64,000 bases of DNA from Macrostomum hystrix (lineage: Eukaryota; Animalia; Platyhelminthes), in NCBI GenBank assembly GCA_950097015.1, contig CATNEN010000031.1:3472001-3536000 (forward strand), read 5' to 3'. The position numbers and the translations under genes were made by a program. Below the pieces are notes generated by a model. The model saw nothing but the letters and a program-made list of their open reading frames with translations. It made no database searches and was not told the DNA's origin. Shown here piece by piece: positions 10,956-23,372 of the stretch (position 1 is the first letter of the stretch; each line of letters begins with the position of its first letter).

Positions 10956-13675
10956 CTCTCTCTCGACAACATGGAGTTCGATTCCGGACCGGCGTCCTCA
11001 TTTTGAGACAAATCGTTATTGTCGGAAGCTAAATCAGCAGCTTCGCTGTCCGGTGTCGCAACTGCCGTATGTGGCGCTGGACTAACCTTGCGACGCTCCT
11101 CAACTTCCTCAAGGCCCTCTGGCGTCTGATTGGAGTGCTGCGTCTTTCTTGACTGAGTTTTTCGACTGACTCGATCTACAGATTCAACGTTTTCTATTCG
11201 CTTCTCTGATCGCTCTGACTTTTCTGTTCGACGACGCTCTGATCGGTCGTGTCGCTCTGGTCGATTTTCGCGAGTTCTCTCCGATCGATTTGCTTGATCA
11301 GTTCGATCTAGTCGATCTCGCTCTGGTCGATCCTCACGAGTTCTCTCTGGTCGATCCTCACGAGTTCTCTCTGGTCGATCCTCACGAGTTCTCTCTGGTC
11401 GATCCTCACGAGTTTTCTCTGGTCGATCCTCACGAGTTCTCTCTGGTCGATCCTCACGAGTTCTCTCTGGTCGATCCTCACGAGTTCTCTCTGGTCGATC
11501 CTCACGAGTTCTCTCTGGTCGATCCTCACGAGTTCTCTCTGGTCGATCTTCGCGAGTTCTCTCTGGTCGATCCTCACGAGTTCTCTCTGGTCGATCCTCA
11601 CGAGTTCTCTCTGGTCGATCTTCGCGAGTTCTCACTGGTCGATCTTCGCGAGTTCTCTCTGGTCGATCTTCGCGAGTTCTCTCTGGTCGATCTTCGCGAG
11701 TTCTCTCTGGTCGATCTTCGCGAGTTCTCTCTGCTCGATCCTCACGAGTCCTCTCTGGTCGATCTTCGCGAGTTCTCTCTGCTCGATCCTCACGAGTCCT
11801 CTCTGGTCGATCTTCGTGAGTCCTCTCTGATCGATCCGGTCGATATTCGCGAGCTTTCTCTGATCGATTTTCGTGTGTTCTCTCTGGCCGATCCAATCGA
11901 TTTGGTTGATCTAGTCGATCTTGCACTGGACGGTCTTTGCGAGTTCGCTCTGATTTATTTTGTCGATCTGGTCTATCTGGTCGATCTGGTCTATCTGGTC
12001 GATCTGGTCTATCTGGTCGATCTATTCGATCTGATCGATCTAGTCTATCTGGTCGATCTCGATCTCGATCAAAACTGTCTAGTTGATCTTGTATTTCGAG
12101 CCGATCTTTGCGATCTCCCTTTGATCGATCTGGTCGCTCTCCTGGTCTCCTTGTTCTTTCTGATCGATCTGTTCGATCTTGATCAGTTCGTTTAATTCCG
12201 TCTGATTGATCTCGACTTTGTGATCTGTCGTGTCGCTCTGGCCGACTCTGCTGCTCCAATCGATCGTGCCGCTCTGGTCTACCTTGCAATTCCGATTGAT
12301 CAGTTGTTTCTGCTCTCCTCGATAGCTCTTTATCAACCTTAAATATCTTTGCTCGGCCTATCGACTCCAGTTCCGCATGGTCATGTCGTCGTCGCTTTCC
12401 GGAACTTTGTCGCGACTGCCTCTCTCTGTGCAAAGCCACGTCTCTCTCCTCAGCCTCAGCCTCCGCTGAATCCGCTCGCGACTCTCCCGACTCGTCGATA
12501 TCGGACTGCTTGCGTTGATTTGTCCGGGAAGTCGGCGGCAGCACTGGGAACGCACCGCGGCGCAGGTTAAGACTCTCCACGGAGCCAGCCTGGCGCACTG
12601 GGCGACCCTCTGTGGCGTTTAAGTTCGGCACGCTGCGGTAGCTTCGGCCTCCTAGCCGGCTCGAGTCAGCCGCATCACTTCCAAGATTCGGTCTGGCCGC
12701 GGATGCGTCGCTGAGAACCCCTCGATCTTCTTCGTCCTCACTGAACGCCTCGTCATCATCTGAAGCAGTTCTACCAGACGAGAACGAGGGAGACGACGAA
12801 CGTCGCCGACGGATCTGCTCCTCGTCCTCCTGGCATTCCTGCAGCTCCTCCACCCGATGCTGGCGGTGCTTCTGCAGTTGGTGCAGCTGGCGCTGCCGCT
12901 GATACTTCTGGTAGGCCTCTTGCTCAGCCAACTGACTGCCGATGCTGCGCAGGACGCGCTTGGTTCGCTCGTCAGATGCCTCGGCATTGTCCAACGCTGG
13001 TAGACGGTACTTGGCCGCCGCCTTGCCATACGGGTTCTGCGCCGCTGTTGGCTTCTGCTTCTGCTTCCTGATTGTCAGCTGCTGCTGCTGCCGCGGTGTA
13101 GTGCCCGGGAAGTGCTGAACAAGCGAGAAGTCCGACGCCTGCATTGGATTCAGTGCATTCAGCGCCTTTGAAAAGCTTGGCTGCAGCGAGCGCACCCCAA
13201 GCCCGATGGCCCCAGTTGCTGATTCGATCGGAAGGGCTCCGAAGGTGGCGGTACCGATCGGTCCACCGATCGCCGGTCTATGCTTCAGTGCAGCCGCCTG
13301 ACCGACTGGCACGAAAGCTACGTCTCCTGGCTTCAGCATCGACTTGGCGGCGGCCTCTTGACCACCGCCCGCGATGCGAACGTCGAACTGCTTGCCGGAG
13401 AACACAACGAGGACGTCTGTATCCCTCCCTGTGACTCCCGGGTGAAGGTCGCCAATGCCGACTGCGCCAACTGGCGCGTTGCCCTCGCTGTAATGCAGAG
13501 CTGAAGGTGCCGATGCGCTGCCTCCGCCGCCGCCATCGAAACATCCGCCTTCGAGTCGCTTCTTGGCCCGTTCGATGATCTCGCGCTCGAATTGCGGTCC
13601 AGCCACGGGGATGAGGTTGGTCTTCTTCACCGTCACTGCAACCAAGCGGTGGCCGTGGCCCCGTGGACAGGTCAT
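10956..13675 (-). CDS. Large low-complexity 5' exon (about 907 aa), probably the N-terminus of the NWD2-like protein: cupin-like domain, Q/R/S-rich region, (REDRPERT)n
   Basis: ORF 10922-13684, first ATG at 13675. Phase-2 donor AG|GTACGT at 10955 matches phase-2 acceptor TAG|G at 10851 across a 105-nt AT-rich intron, reading ..SRE-R-GRKSKEK.. into the open NWD2 frame. Confidence 0.72.
11320..11830 (-). repeat. Coding 24-bp tandem repeat encoding (REDRPERT)n, about 21 copies
   Basis: Plus-strand units GAGTTCTCTCTGGTCGATCCTCAC and GAGTTCTCTCTGGTCGATCTTCGC, in frame in the 920-aa ORF. Confidence 0.92.
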
Positions 13676-16600
13676 GCCTTCCAACTTTCAGCTATAGGCT
13701 GTTCTCTCTCTCACTGGCTCCATTTTCTTTTTTACCGTTCAAAAGTTCTACGTGTAAGCTAAAGACTGCCGGACCAATCACCAGTGAAACCCTCTCCCTA
13801 CTCCTGCGTCTCCATCACAGACGCCGACTTTCTCCATAGCTCTCTGTTTGTACTTTGCTTGCCCGCCTCACTCTCTACTGCCTCACTTCACTTGACTTCA
13901 CTTGACTCAAGTTAAACTGCTAGCAACACTGCTAGCCAATGAGGCTTGGATCTTGGACTGAGGCACTCTGAATTGGCCTTTTGTTTCTAAACAGAAATCA
14001 CCATTGATTGGCAGTCGCCAAAACGCCCTCTCTCTCTTTCCCAGTGTCCTCTACCCTTGGTTTCCTCTTCGGCAAAAATGACATGCTTGAAAGCAGCACC
14101 GTGTGCTTGTCATCCATTCTTCTCCTTTCTCTCTCTATAGCTATCTTTGCCCTTCCTTTTTCTGTTCAGTTTCCATGCCTTGGAGACTGGCTCTAAGTTC
14201 TGGCTCTACATAGCAACAGTCCCAGCCTGCTGACACATTGTTAGTTTTTCTTGCCAAATTGTCTCCAGAGCCGCTTCGGTTAAGCCACTACAATTTTTGT
14301 TCTATTGCTTGTAACGCACTGAAGAGGCCTTTGTGCTCCTGGATTTCTCTGTTACAACAGTCTTCTGTGTTACGGCAAGCTAAACTGCTTTACTGTAGCA
14401 AGCTTTCTAGGCCTTTTATTATATACACGGGAGCAATATTATTTCGAATAGCATCACGAGTTGTGAATGACAAATAAAAAACTATGATTCATTCTAGATC
14501 TCATATCTACCCAATTCAAAATCCATCAATAAGAATGTTCTAGGTCTCATACCGTACTAAAAGCAGATGTCATCAATTTTTGGTCCGAATTCTAACAACA
14601 AGCTTTTTGTAAAGACAAAACAACATACAAAAGTACATTGAAAATACAGGTTTGTCTCTCACCCGGAGGCGGCATGCCACTGATGGAGACCTTCCACAGG
14701 CTCTTTGTCTGCGGCCTGGCTTTTGGTCCCATTTCCATCAGGCGCCTGAAGAAAAAAATATTCGCGTTAATAGTTCGCAATCACTCGTATCCTTTTAGAA
14801 GAATTCCAGCAGTAGTGCTACTAAAAGTAATAAGCATATCCAACGGAAATATTGAGTAAAATATAGGTATCATGTCAATTGACTTCTCTGGTGTTATAAT
14901 ATGATAATATGATACTACTAATACTAAACAATTTAAATAAAAATAATCAAACTACCTCAAAAAATTGTTTAAGTAGCATTTGTTTAAATGCTCCGACTGT
15001 GGTTATAACAAATTAAAACAGAAGCAGCGAAGCTCTTCAAATTTTCCACACCAAACATCAATTCTTTTCACTGAAATAAAAAAAAATCTAAACAAATATT
15101 TACAAAATTCACCGCAAAATATCATAGATAGAGAAGTGAGTGCATGCTGCACTGCCTACTAACAGCAGTATCTTAGTGTGGCAAAGATACGACAGCTATG
15201 AAAATGTAACCAAAACTAAATGGCTATCGTATAAAATATCTACCTGCTGAGAAATTGGCTAAAACGGCGAGCAATGAGACGATAACTTTAGTCAGAAACT
15301 TTTTGCGACTAAACTGATATGTTATTGATCATCCATTCTAGCCCTGTTTGCCAAGTTGAGTTCGCAAATGTTACAATTTGTTTGCACTAATTGCACACTA
15401 GACTTTGCTCTATGTGTAAACCAACTGTTTGCTAATTGATTCCGTAAGGTTTGGCAATCTTATTAGTGATTGTGACTTTTAAAATCCAAAAAGGCAACAG
15501 AAAGACCCCGTCGCGACAAAATTTGTTTTGGAAAATGGGCTATCGCGGTAAAACAATTTTCTCTAGTCCTCATTTCAGTTCTCATGCAAGGAATTTCCTA
15601 AACCATTAAAGGACGTTTTCATCGTTTCGCTCATATAAATGAATTAAAAGAGACTGCATGCATAGGCAAAGTTAGTTCAGTGCCTTCACAAATCTAATCG
15701 ATAATTTGAAGACGTCGCAACCGTTTTCAAAAGCTTTTGTTTTGTTTTTAGTTTGTTATAATGTCCACCATAAATGTTTCGTTAAATAATAGTTTATTTT
15801 AAGTTATCTGGTTTGTAATAAATATTGCGTTATACGTACATATATTTTTTAGGATATGTTTATAAAACAAATATTTTTATTGCTATTATATAAATGTACG
15901 AGTGAGTAAAATTACGTAATTGTTATCAAATCAAACTTTTTATACCGAAAGTAAAAGAAATAGAAAAATAATGGCTGCGTTAAATTGAATTTATTAACTT
16001 TTATTAAAGAATATTAATATATTATAGAAATATTATTAGTATATATATATTACATGTTATTAGTAAATAAAATAATTGTTTTTTTTATTTTGACTTTTTG
16101 TTTAATTTTAAAGACAATACTAAACATTTTGAATTCGGTTGAGATTTTAGCAAGTCAGGTTTGTGTCTTAAATGGTATTGGTCCTATCCCGCTGTTATTT
16201 TTATCCGGTATCATCTAGGTCTCTAGCATTCCTTGGTCTAGGAGTCCATGCATGCGAAACGTCGGCACCCGAACCCCGTCCAATCTAATCGCTATTGACA
16301 ATGTCGCCACAGATGAAGTCAGCCAATTTAATTGGCAAACTTCCGGCCATATGCGCATGGCCTGTCTGCGTTCGCCTGGTCGGTTCCCGCCAGATGCAAA
16401 AACAATACAAAAAACGATAAAAAAAGGCCACTGATAACAATAGAGAAGACTCTGCTGTGCTCAAATCCAAGCAGTTGTGACAGACTGCTCTTTGACTAAG
16501 ACCTAAGAATGACTATCGCTCGTGACATTAAGGCTTTTGAAGCGGGCTACACACACAGAGAAAGATAGTAAAAATTCTATTCGCTATCGGCCGAGTGTAA

Positions 16601-16789
16601 ATTCTCTGACTTAAGGATCAACAAGCCTAACTGCCGCTATAGAAGAACTAAATTTTGGCACCAATTAGAGTTTTTACAGAAGAAAGAATAATCATTTCGG
16701 TGAAAATTTATAACACAGATCAAAAACGCAGCTGAACACCCCAAATTCAGTTGAATACCAGAGACACAGTTTAGCGCCCTAAACACAAT

Positions 16790-17165
16790 TAAACACCCGA
16801 GTACAGTTAACCATTCTAGACACATTTAAACAACCCTAGACACAGTTAAACACCCTAGACACAGTTAAACACCCTAGACACAGTTAAACACCCTAGACAC
16901 AGTTAAACACCCTAGACACAGTTAAACACCCTAGACACAGTTAAACACCCTAGACACAGTTAAACACCCTAGACACAGTTAGACACCCCAGACACAGCTT
17001 AACACCCTAGACAAAGTTAAACACCCTAGACACAGTTAAACACCCCAGATACAGCTTAACACCCTAGACACAGTTAAACAACCTAGACACAGTTAAACAC
17101 CCTAGACACAGTTAAACACCCTAGACACAGTTAAACACCCCAAAATACAGCTTAATACTCTAAAC
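16790..17165. repeat. 19-bp minisatellite (AAACACCCTAGACACAGTT), about 19 copies
   Basis: Tandem units visible directly. Confidence 0.93.
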
Positions 17166-18174
17166 ACACGGCAGTAAATTGTACCGTTGACCATATTTTC
17201 GTCAAGGTGTGGTTTGCAGGCCAGTCTAGCTATTCTTACCTGGAGACGCTGCGGCCTTTGTAAACTGCAAAGTTAACGGAATAAAAATGGAAGCGAAGCC
17301 TGTCAGTTTGCACGTCTACTTTGCTATGATTCTGGAATTAAGTCAATGACGAGTTTTGCTCAAAGATAATATTTTTTCCTGTACTACTTTTTTATCGACT
17401 GACCGTCGAGAGTTGACAACTACCGGATGCAAGAGGCGAGAGGTACGGGGATTATGTGGAAAGCAACAGGTACTTAAACTGGGCACCTCATGTTTCTCAT
17501 CACTCCTCCGCTGAGTTCTAAAAGGAAATGAGTGAGTAGCTAATAAAGTCTGCAGAGAAAAGGGAGAAATTGTGAAGAGAAAAATGCTAATGCTGGGATG
17601 CTGGCACAACAGAACTTAGACTAGGAGGGAAGAGGAAGGAGACAGGGGATCTGAGTAGGCTCAACTCCCAAGCTAGCTATGGGTGTTTGAAATATTTACT
17701 AACCAGTTGTTGTCTTCTCTAAAGCCCCGGGCCTTAGCGACAAGACCAACGCCTGGCAGTTGGATTGCATGTCGCCCCTGCCCTTATTGACCAGACATTT
17801 TGCCATAGACTGTGTTCTTTTTTTCAATTATTCCATCTCCAAATGCACTTCTAGCAATAGGGCGACAATTCTTGATCTCTAGGAGAAGACATCAGTCCTT
17901 AGCAACCAGTTTTATAAATGAATGTGGCTTCACTCGTTTCTCATTATTTCCTGTTCAAATGAATTCATTGACGTTTGTATTACAGATCAGTCCAAACGAT
18001 GTGTGTGTACGATTCGTGATTTTGCATAGGCAATTCCGTCTTTGAAAACTTTACAAATACGGAAAAGATGGATCTTCTCATGGAGATGGATCTTACAGCA
18101 GTCAATCTCAATACTCAAGACAACGCTTATTTGAGGTAGAGTTACACATACAAACTTGCTAACAGTAATTGATT

Positions 18175-18470
18175 ACAGCCAGCTTACAGCCAGCTTACAG
18201 CCAGCTTACAGCCAGCTTACAGCCAGCTTACAGCCAGCTTACAGCCAGCTTACAAGCCAGCTTACAGCCAGCTTACAGCCAGCTTACAGCCAGCTTACAG
18301 CCAGCTTACAGCCAGCTTACAGCCAGCTTACAAGCCAGCTTACAGCCAGCTTACAGCCAGCTTACAGCCAGCTTACAGCCAGCTTACAGCCAGCTTACAG
18401 CCAGCTTACAGCCAGCTTACAAGCCAGCTTACAGCCAGCTTACAGCCAGCTTACAGCCAGCTTACAGCCA
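18175..18470. repeat. 11-bp minisatellite (CAGCCAGCTTA), about 26 copies with occasional 12-bp variants
   Basis: Tandem units visible directly. Confidence 0.95.
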
Positions 18471-18978
18471 AGCTCGGCAAGAGCGCTTGTTCCAGAAACA
18501 CTAAAAATACTTTCGGGCAAAGAAAAATTTTGGTGAATATTACCGTGACCATTGGGATACTGAAGGGTCATATTGCCGAAGAAGGTCGCAATTTGAGGTG
18601 CCGCTGCGGTCGCAGAGCTGAATAGCCAAGACAATGTCAGTAGGGTCGCAGTCTAGCTGCAGTCTGGAGTCGTTCTGGACATCATCGTCGGCTCCGTTTC
18701 ACAGCAAAGATGGCAAGCCAAGGCACTGCGAATTGCCAGTCGCTGCAAGGGAGTTTCTCTTGTCTTACGAAAGAAGGTAAGCGGCCTGCAGCCACTCCTA
18801 TTTGGGTGCTTGGCTGAGGGAGCAAAAAGTGGCTTTGAAAAAAATTTCGCCTCCATCTTACTGGGTCTTCCCACGGGGCGCCAGCCGTCACCACCGCTGC
18901 GGTTGGCTGGGGGGCCGGTTGGAGGAGGGTCCACAAGATTGTGGAGCGGGACCCTGCCCCCCTCGGACCGCTTGGCCA

Positions 18979-18992
18979 GTTGGCATGGCAAC
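18979..18992. promoter_or_regulatory. Near-perfect RFX X-box (GTTGGCATGGCAAC)
   Basis: One mismatch to the palindrome GTTGCCATGGCAAC; intergenic, about 5 kb upstream of the NWD2-like start. Confidence 0.3.
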
Positions 18993-19499
18993 TAAGGGAA
19001 TGAAGGGCTAAGTCAAACAGTGTTATCCCCCCCCCAACCAGTCTCGGCTTAGCCCAGTGAAACAGCCTCCAATGCCAGTGGAGAGTCCAGCCACACTCAT
19101 TCCAGTCTCTAAATATTAGGCCAAATTTTAATAGTATTGTTTTTAAAATATTGAATAAACGGGATTACTTTGGAATTCATTGATTTAATAACGAAAAACA
19201 ACTGACAATGCGGCTTAAAAGCATAGCCACCTAGGGATCGAGCCTGCCCCACTGCACTGCTGCTTATCAGTGCTTATCGAATGCAACTTCGAGTTCTGCT
19301 CACCGATAGCCGACGCATTTATTGCCGCGTAGGACATTTTTCTCCTCCCACGCGATTTTAGTGCCCAGCAGAAACTATTCAGCAAACACTATGAACCCAC
19401 GAGTCTGCTTACCCTGCCTATTAGAGCAACTGTTCATGCGCTGCATTTTTTAAAGGACAGAAGAACTTCTAAACTATACCGAAATAGGTGAGATATCTA

Positions 19500-20412
19500 A
19501 CAAGCCTCATCTATCAATCCACATCCATCAATAAATCCACATCCATCTGGCAATCCTCCATTCATCTATCAATCCTCCATCGATCAATCAAACATCCATC
19601 CATCTATCAACTCTCCATCCATCAATCAATCCTCCATCCATCAATCAATCCTCCATCCATCAATCAATCCTCCATCCATCAATCAATCCTCCATACATCT
19701 ATCAATCCATCATCCATCAACCAATCCTCAATCCATCAATCAATCCTTCATCCATCAATCAATCCTCCATCCATCAATCAATCCTCCATCCATCTATCAA
19801 TCCACCATCTATCAATCAATCCTCCACCCATCTATCAAGCCTCCATCCATCAATCAACCCTCCATCCATCAATCAACCCTCCATCCATCAATCGACCCTC
19901 CATCCATCTGTTAAGCATTCATCCATCTATCAATCCCCACCCATCTATCAATCCTCCATCCATCTGTCAATCGTCCATCCATCTATCAATCCTCCATCCA
20001 TCTATCAATCCTCCATCCATCTGTCAATCATCCATCTACCAATCATCCATCCATCTATCAAACATCCATCAATCCAAACAATCCAAACAATCCATTCATC
20101 TATCAAACATCCACCCATCTATCAAACATCCACCCATCTATCAAACATCCACCCATCTATCAAACATCCACCCATCTATCAAACATCCACCCATCTATCA
20201 AACATCCACCCATCTATCAAACATCCACCCATCTATCAAACATCCACCCATCTATCAAACATCCACCCATCTATCAAACATCCACCCATCTATCAAACAT
20301 CCACCCATCTATCAAACATCCACCCATCTGTCAGACATCCACCCATCTATCAAACATCCACCCATCTATCAAACATCCATCCATCTATCAAACATCCACC
20401 CATCTATCAATG
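19500..20412. repeat. CCAT/ATCA low-complexity satellite that resolves into a 19-bp unit (CCACCCATCTATCAAACAT)
   Basis: Degenerate tetramer repeats on the left and homogeneous 19-mers from about 20100; it accounts for ORF 19488-20444. Confidence 0.9.
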
Positions 20413-22020
20413 CCTATAGACTGGTATGCTCGCAGCTTAAATAATCATGCAAGTCATAATTTTTAAGACAAGTACACCTGAAATGCATGTATAAAGTAGG
20501 TGAAAAGTTTTTTCTAATAATGCATCGAAAACTTTCCAGATCTGAACAGGCTGCAAAATCTATAGATCTTCGCAGCCTGTTGAATTGTTCCAAAAACTAG
20601 CTGCTTCCGGGAGCAAGGAGAAGCAGGAAGCACGCAGATCCCAGCACTGTATGAAAGCAGAAACAATTTGAATTGTGTTTGCAGCCTATACAGTTTGCTG
20701 TGGTCTGACCGGGCAACTCTCGCCAGCTTTCTCCCTCCTGCACGCTAAAATAGCCCAACCTACTCAGGAAAGCAACCCGGCCCAGCTCAGCGCTGGAATA
20801 GAAAATAAAATCGAAGTCTTCATCTTCAGTACTGCGTACTCAGCGCTGGCTGGACGCACACTACTGGCTATAAAAACTTGTTTGCCGGACCAAAAAAGTG
20901 ATGACCCACACACACACACACGACAGCAGCAGCAGCAGCAGCAGTTGCAGTAGTAACGGCAACGGTTTTTCTTCGCTAGAAGAGAAGCTAAATGAGACTA
21001 GCAGATAATACTTAATACTCATACCACTACTACTTGAAAGTAGTAAAACGCGACTCGAAAGTCTTTAATACTTACTTTAAGAAAGGCTAAAACGGCGCCA
21101 ATATGATGTTTTACCAATGACAGAAAAACATTATTTTACATGGAATGTGTGCAAAGCTCAGAGCCCCACTTAACGGGCTATAATGTAGGTCAAAAAGCGA
21201 AATTACTTTTGTCTATGGTAGGAACCGAATTCTTTTTAATTCCAACCTGTAGAACAAATCTTTCAAGCCACTAAAAGTGCATGAAATGAATTGGATTGTT
21301 ATAATAAAACAACTCGGCAGCTTATTTTTGAAGCCCATTAAATAAAAAGACAGTTTATTTCTAAAGGGACAAAGTTGCGAGGGAAGTGAGCCTTCTTGTT
21401 GAAAGTATTTATTTCGAATTGAAATCCGCCGGGCAAGCAAACAAGAGCAGTAATGTAGACAAACAAGGGAGTCTGTGGGGAAGCGAATCTTTTTTAAAGC
21501 ACACACGCAACTAAAGACAAAAAGAGCTTGGCTTCGAGGGACAGCACTTGGCCAACAAGAGAAATAGCGGGCGGCACTCTAGGAGAATTGAAACTTGCTC
21601 TTCTTTTTTGTAAGAGTTTTTCGAAAATGACATCTGAGAGCGAAAATGTAAAAGGAACAGCTATTGGTCGCGAAGGGTATATGCAGCGGGCAAAGGTTTT
21701 TGGACGACCCAAATACGTTTTACCAACACTAGGCTTTTGCTAATGAAATCATTTAGACCAGACGGGACTCAAAGAATAACAAGGGACGGGGGCAAGGAAG
21801 TGGCCAAAATAATTGTCTTGCTAAACTTTTTCATGAAAACTCAAACACTGAAACAAAGAACTATTCGTACGGAAATACCGAAAAGCAAAAGCTACGGCAA
21901 GTTTTCTCTCTTCTCGCTTTTCCCTCAAGCACTGCAGCGCTGTATCGTCTTTTGTGTAAATGAAACAGAGATAGAGAAAGAGCTTGTTTAAATCACTCAT
22001 TGTGATTTAGCTTCTCTTGT

Positions 22021-23372
22021 TTAGTTAAGCACGGTTGTAGCAGCCGGCCCTGGGCTCGCCAGCATTGCTAGGCCAGCCTTGCCACCGTTCATCACCCCGT
22101 TGCCCCCGACGGCGGCAGCTGCAGCGCTGGCGGCCGCAGCTGCTGCAGCAGCGGCGGCGGATGAAGCTGGTTTTGGACTGCCAGACGATTTAAATGACAC
22201 CTGAAGGGTTCGGTTGCCAACTGTGTAGCCATTAAGCGACTGAATAGATAATAGGGCCTCTTCGTAGTTGCTCATCGTGACAAAGCCGAAGCCGCGGCAC
22301 TTGCTCGTGCTGGGATCCCTGATAACCTTGACGGTCTGAACAGCGCCAAACGGACCAAATAGTTCCCAGAGGATGCGGTCCTCCGTCTCAGGAGCCAGGT
22401 TATAGACGAAGATGCACCAGCCGCCACTGGGTGTCATGCCACCGTTCTGAGCGACCACCGTTTGAGCCAGTAGGGCATGGTTCTGAATGCCGCCAGTGCT
22501 TGACATGAGGTCACCTATGCCGCCTATGCCGTTGCTGACGTGGTGGCCCTGGTAAGATTTGATATAGTTTCGGGACAGAGCAGCCAGCTGCTGAATCGGG
22601 CTGGAGATTTTGGAGGCGGCGGCGGCGGCAGCCGGTGATGGCATGTTGCACTGCTTGAGAAAACTGTTCACCAGATTGCCACCCTCCTGCCTGGTCGCAC
22701 TGGGACTGTTGGCGAACTTCACCGTGATGGCTTCGGCGCCCTCCTCCGGCTCGAATCCATTCAAACGTTTAATGGCGTCCTCGGCCTCGCTGCGTTGATC
22801 GAAGCGGATAAAAGCGACGCCACGCGACAAGCCAGTCTTGTTGTCGTACAGAATGCGCAGAGTGATGATCTTGCCGCACTGGTTGAACATTCGCTCCAGC
22901 TCGTCCTGCGTCATCTTCTTGGGCAGGCCGCAGATGTACAGATTGGCGCCTTTGATGGCCTCGGAGCTGGGGCGGGCCAGCGACACTTTGATTGTCTTGT
23001 TCTGCAGCCGCAGCCCGTTTAGCGTCTTGATGGCCTTGTCGGCTTCCTTCGGTTGCATATACTTGACGAAAGCGTAGCCGAGGCTCTCTCCAGTGGCGCG
23101 GTCGCGCACAAGTTTACAGCTCTCGACCTCGCCGATGCTAGTGAAGAGGGCACGCACATCCTCCTGAGACATAGCCGGTGGCAGGTAGTTCACTATGAGG
23201 TTGGTGCGGTTCTCTGTGGTTTCGAAAGGGTGTGTTTCCGTGCGTACATTTGAAATTTTGAATGCTATACAATTGAAAATTATTACAACTCTAGTGAAGT
23301 AAACTCACCATTGTCGGTGATGCCACAGGAGGAGTTGTTGGTGTCCTTTCCCAGCATGTCGCTAGATGTCAT
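22021..23372 (-). CDS. elav: ELAV/Hu family RNA-binding protein (3 RRMs)
   Basis: Exons 23372-23309 and 23213-22021 (phase 1). Encodes RTNLIVNYLP, LGYAFVKY, KTIKVSLARPSS, ANLYICGLPK, RGVAFIRFD, GWCIFVYNLAPE and CRGFGFVTMSNYEEA. Confidence 0.96.

Noticed and set aside
11290-12195. 301-aa plus-strand ORF (LVDPHEFS)n overlapping the REDRPERT repeat
   Set aside because: Antisense shadow of the coding repeat; unit variants are synonymous on the minus strand but change residues (PH versus LR) on this strand.
10956-13675. Fungal-type amyloid signalling motif (HET-s/RHIM-like) at the N-terminus of the NWD protein
   Set aside because: No recognisable RHIM or HET-s pseudo-repeat; the repeats are highly charged and Pro-containing, which disfavours amyloid.
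14663-14745. 83-nt exon-like segment (TTCTTCAG|...|GTGAG) upstream of the NWD2-like start, possibly forming a uORF overlapping the main ATG
   Set aside because: No frame joins the main ORF, and the acceptors next to 13675 are purine-rich and weak, so the linkage cannot be supported.
19488-20444. 318-aa S/I/H/P/Q-rich ORF
   Set aside because: Translation of the CCAT/ATCA satellite, which is G-poor and so rarely forms stop codons.
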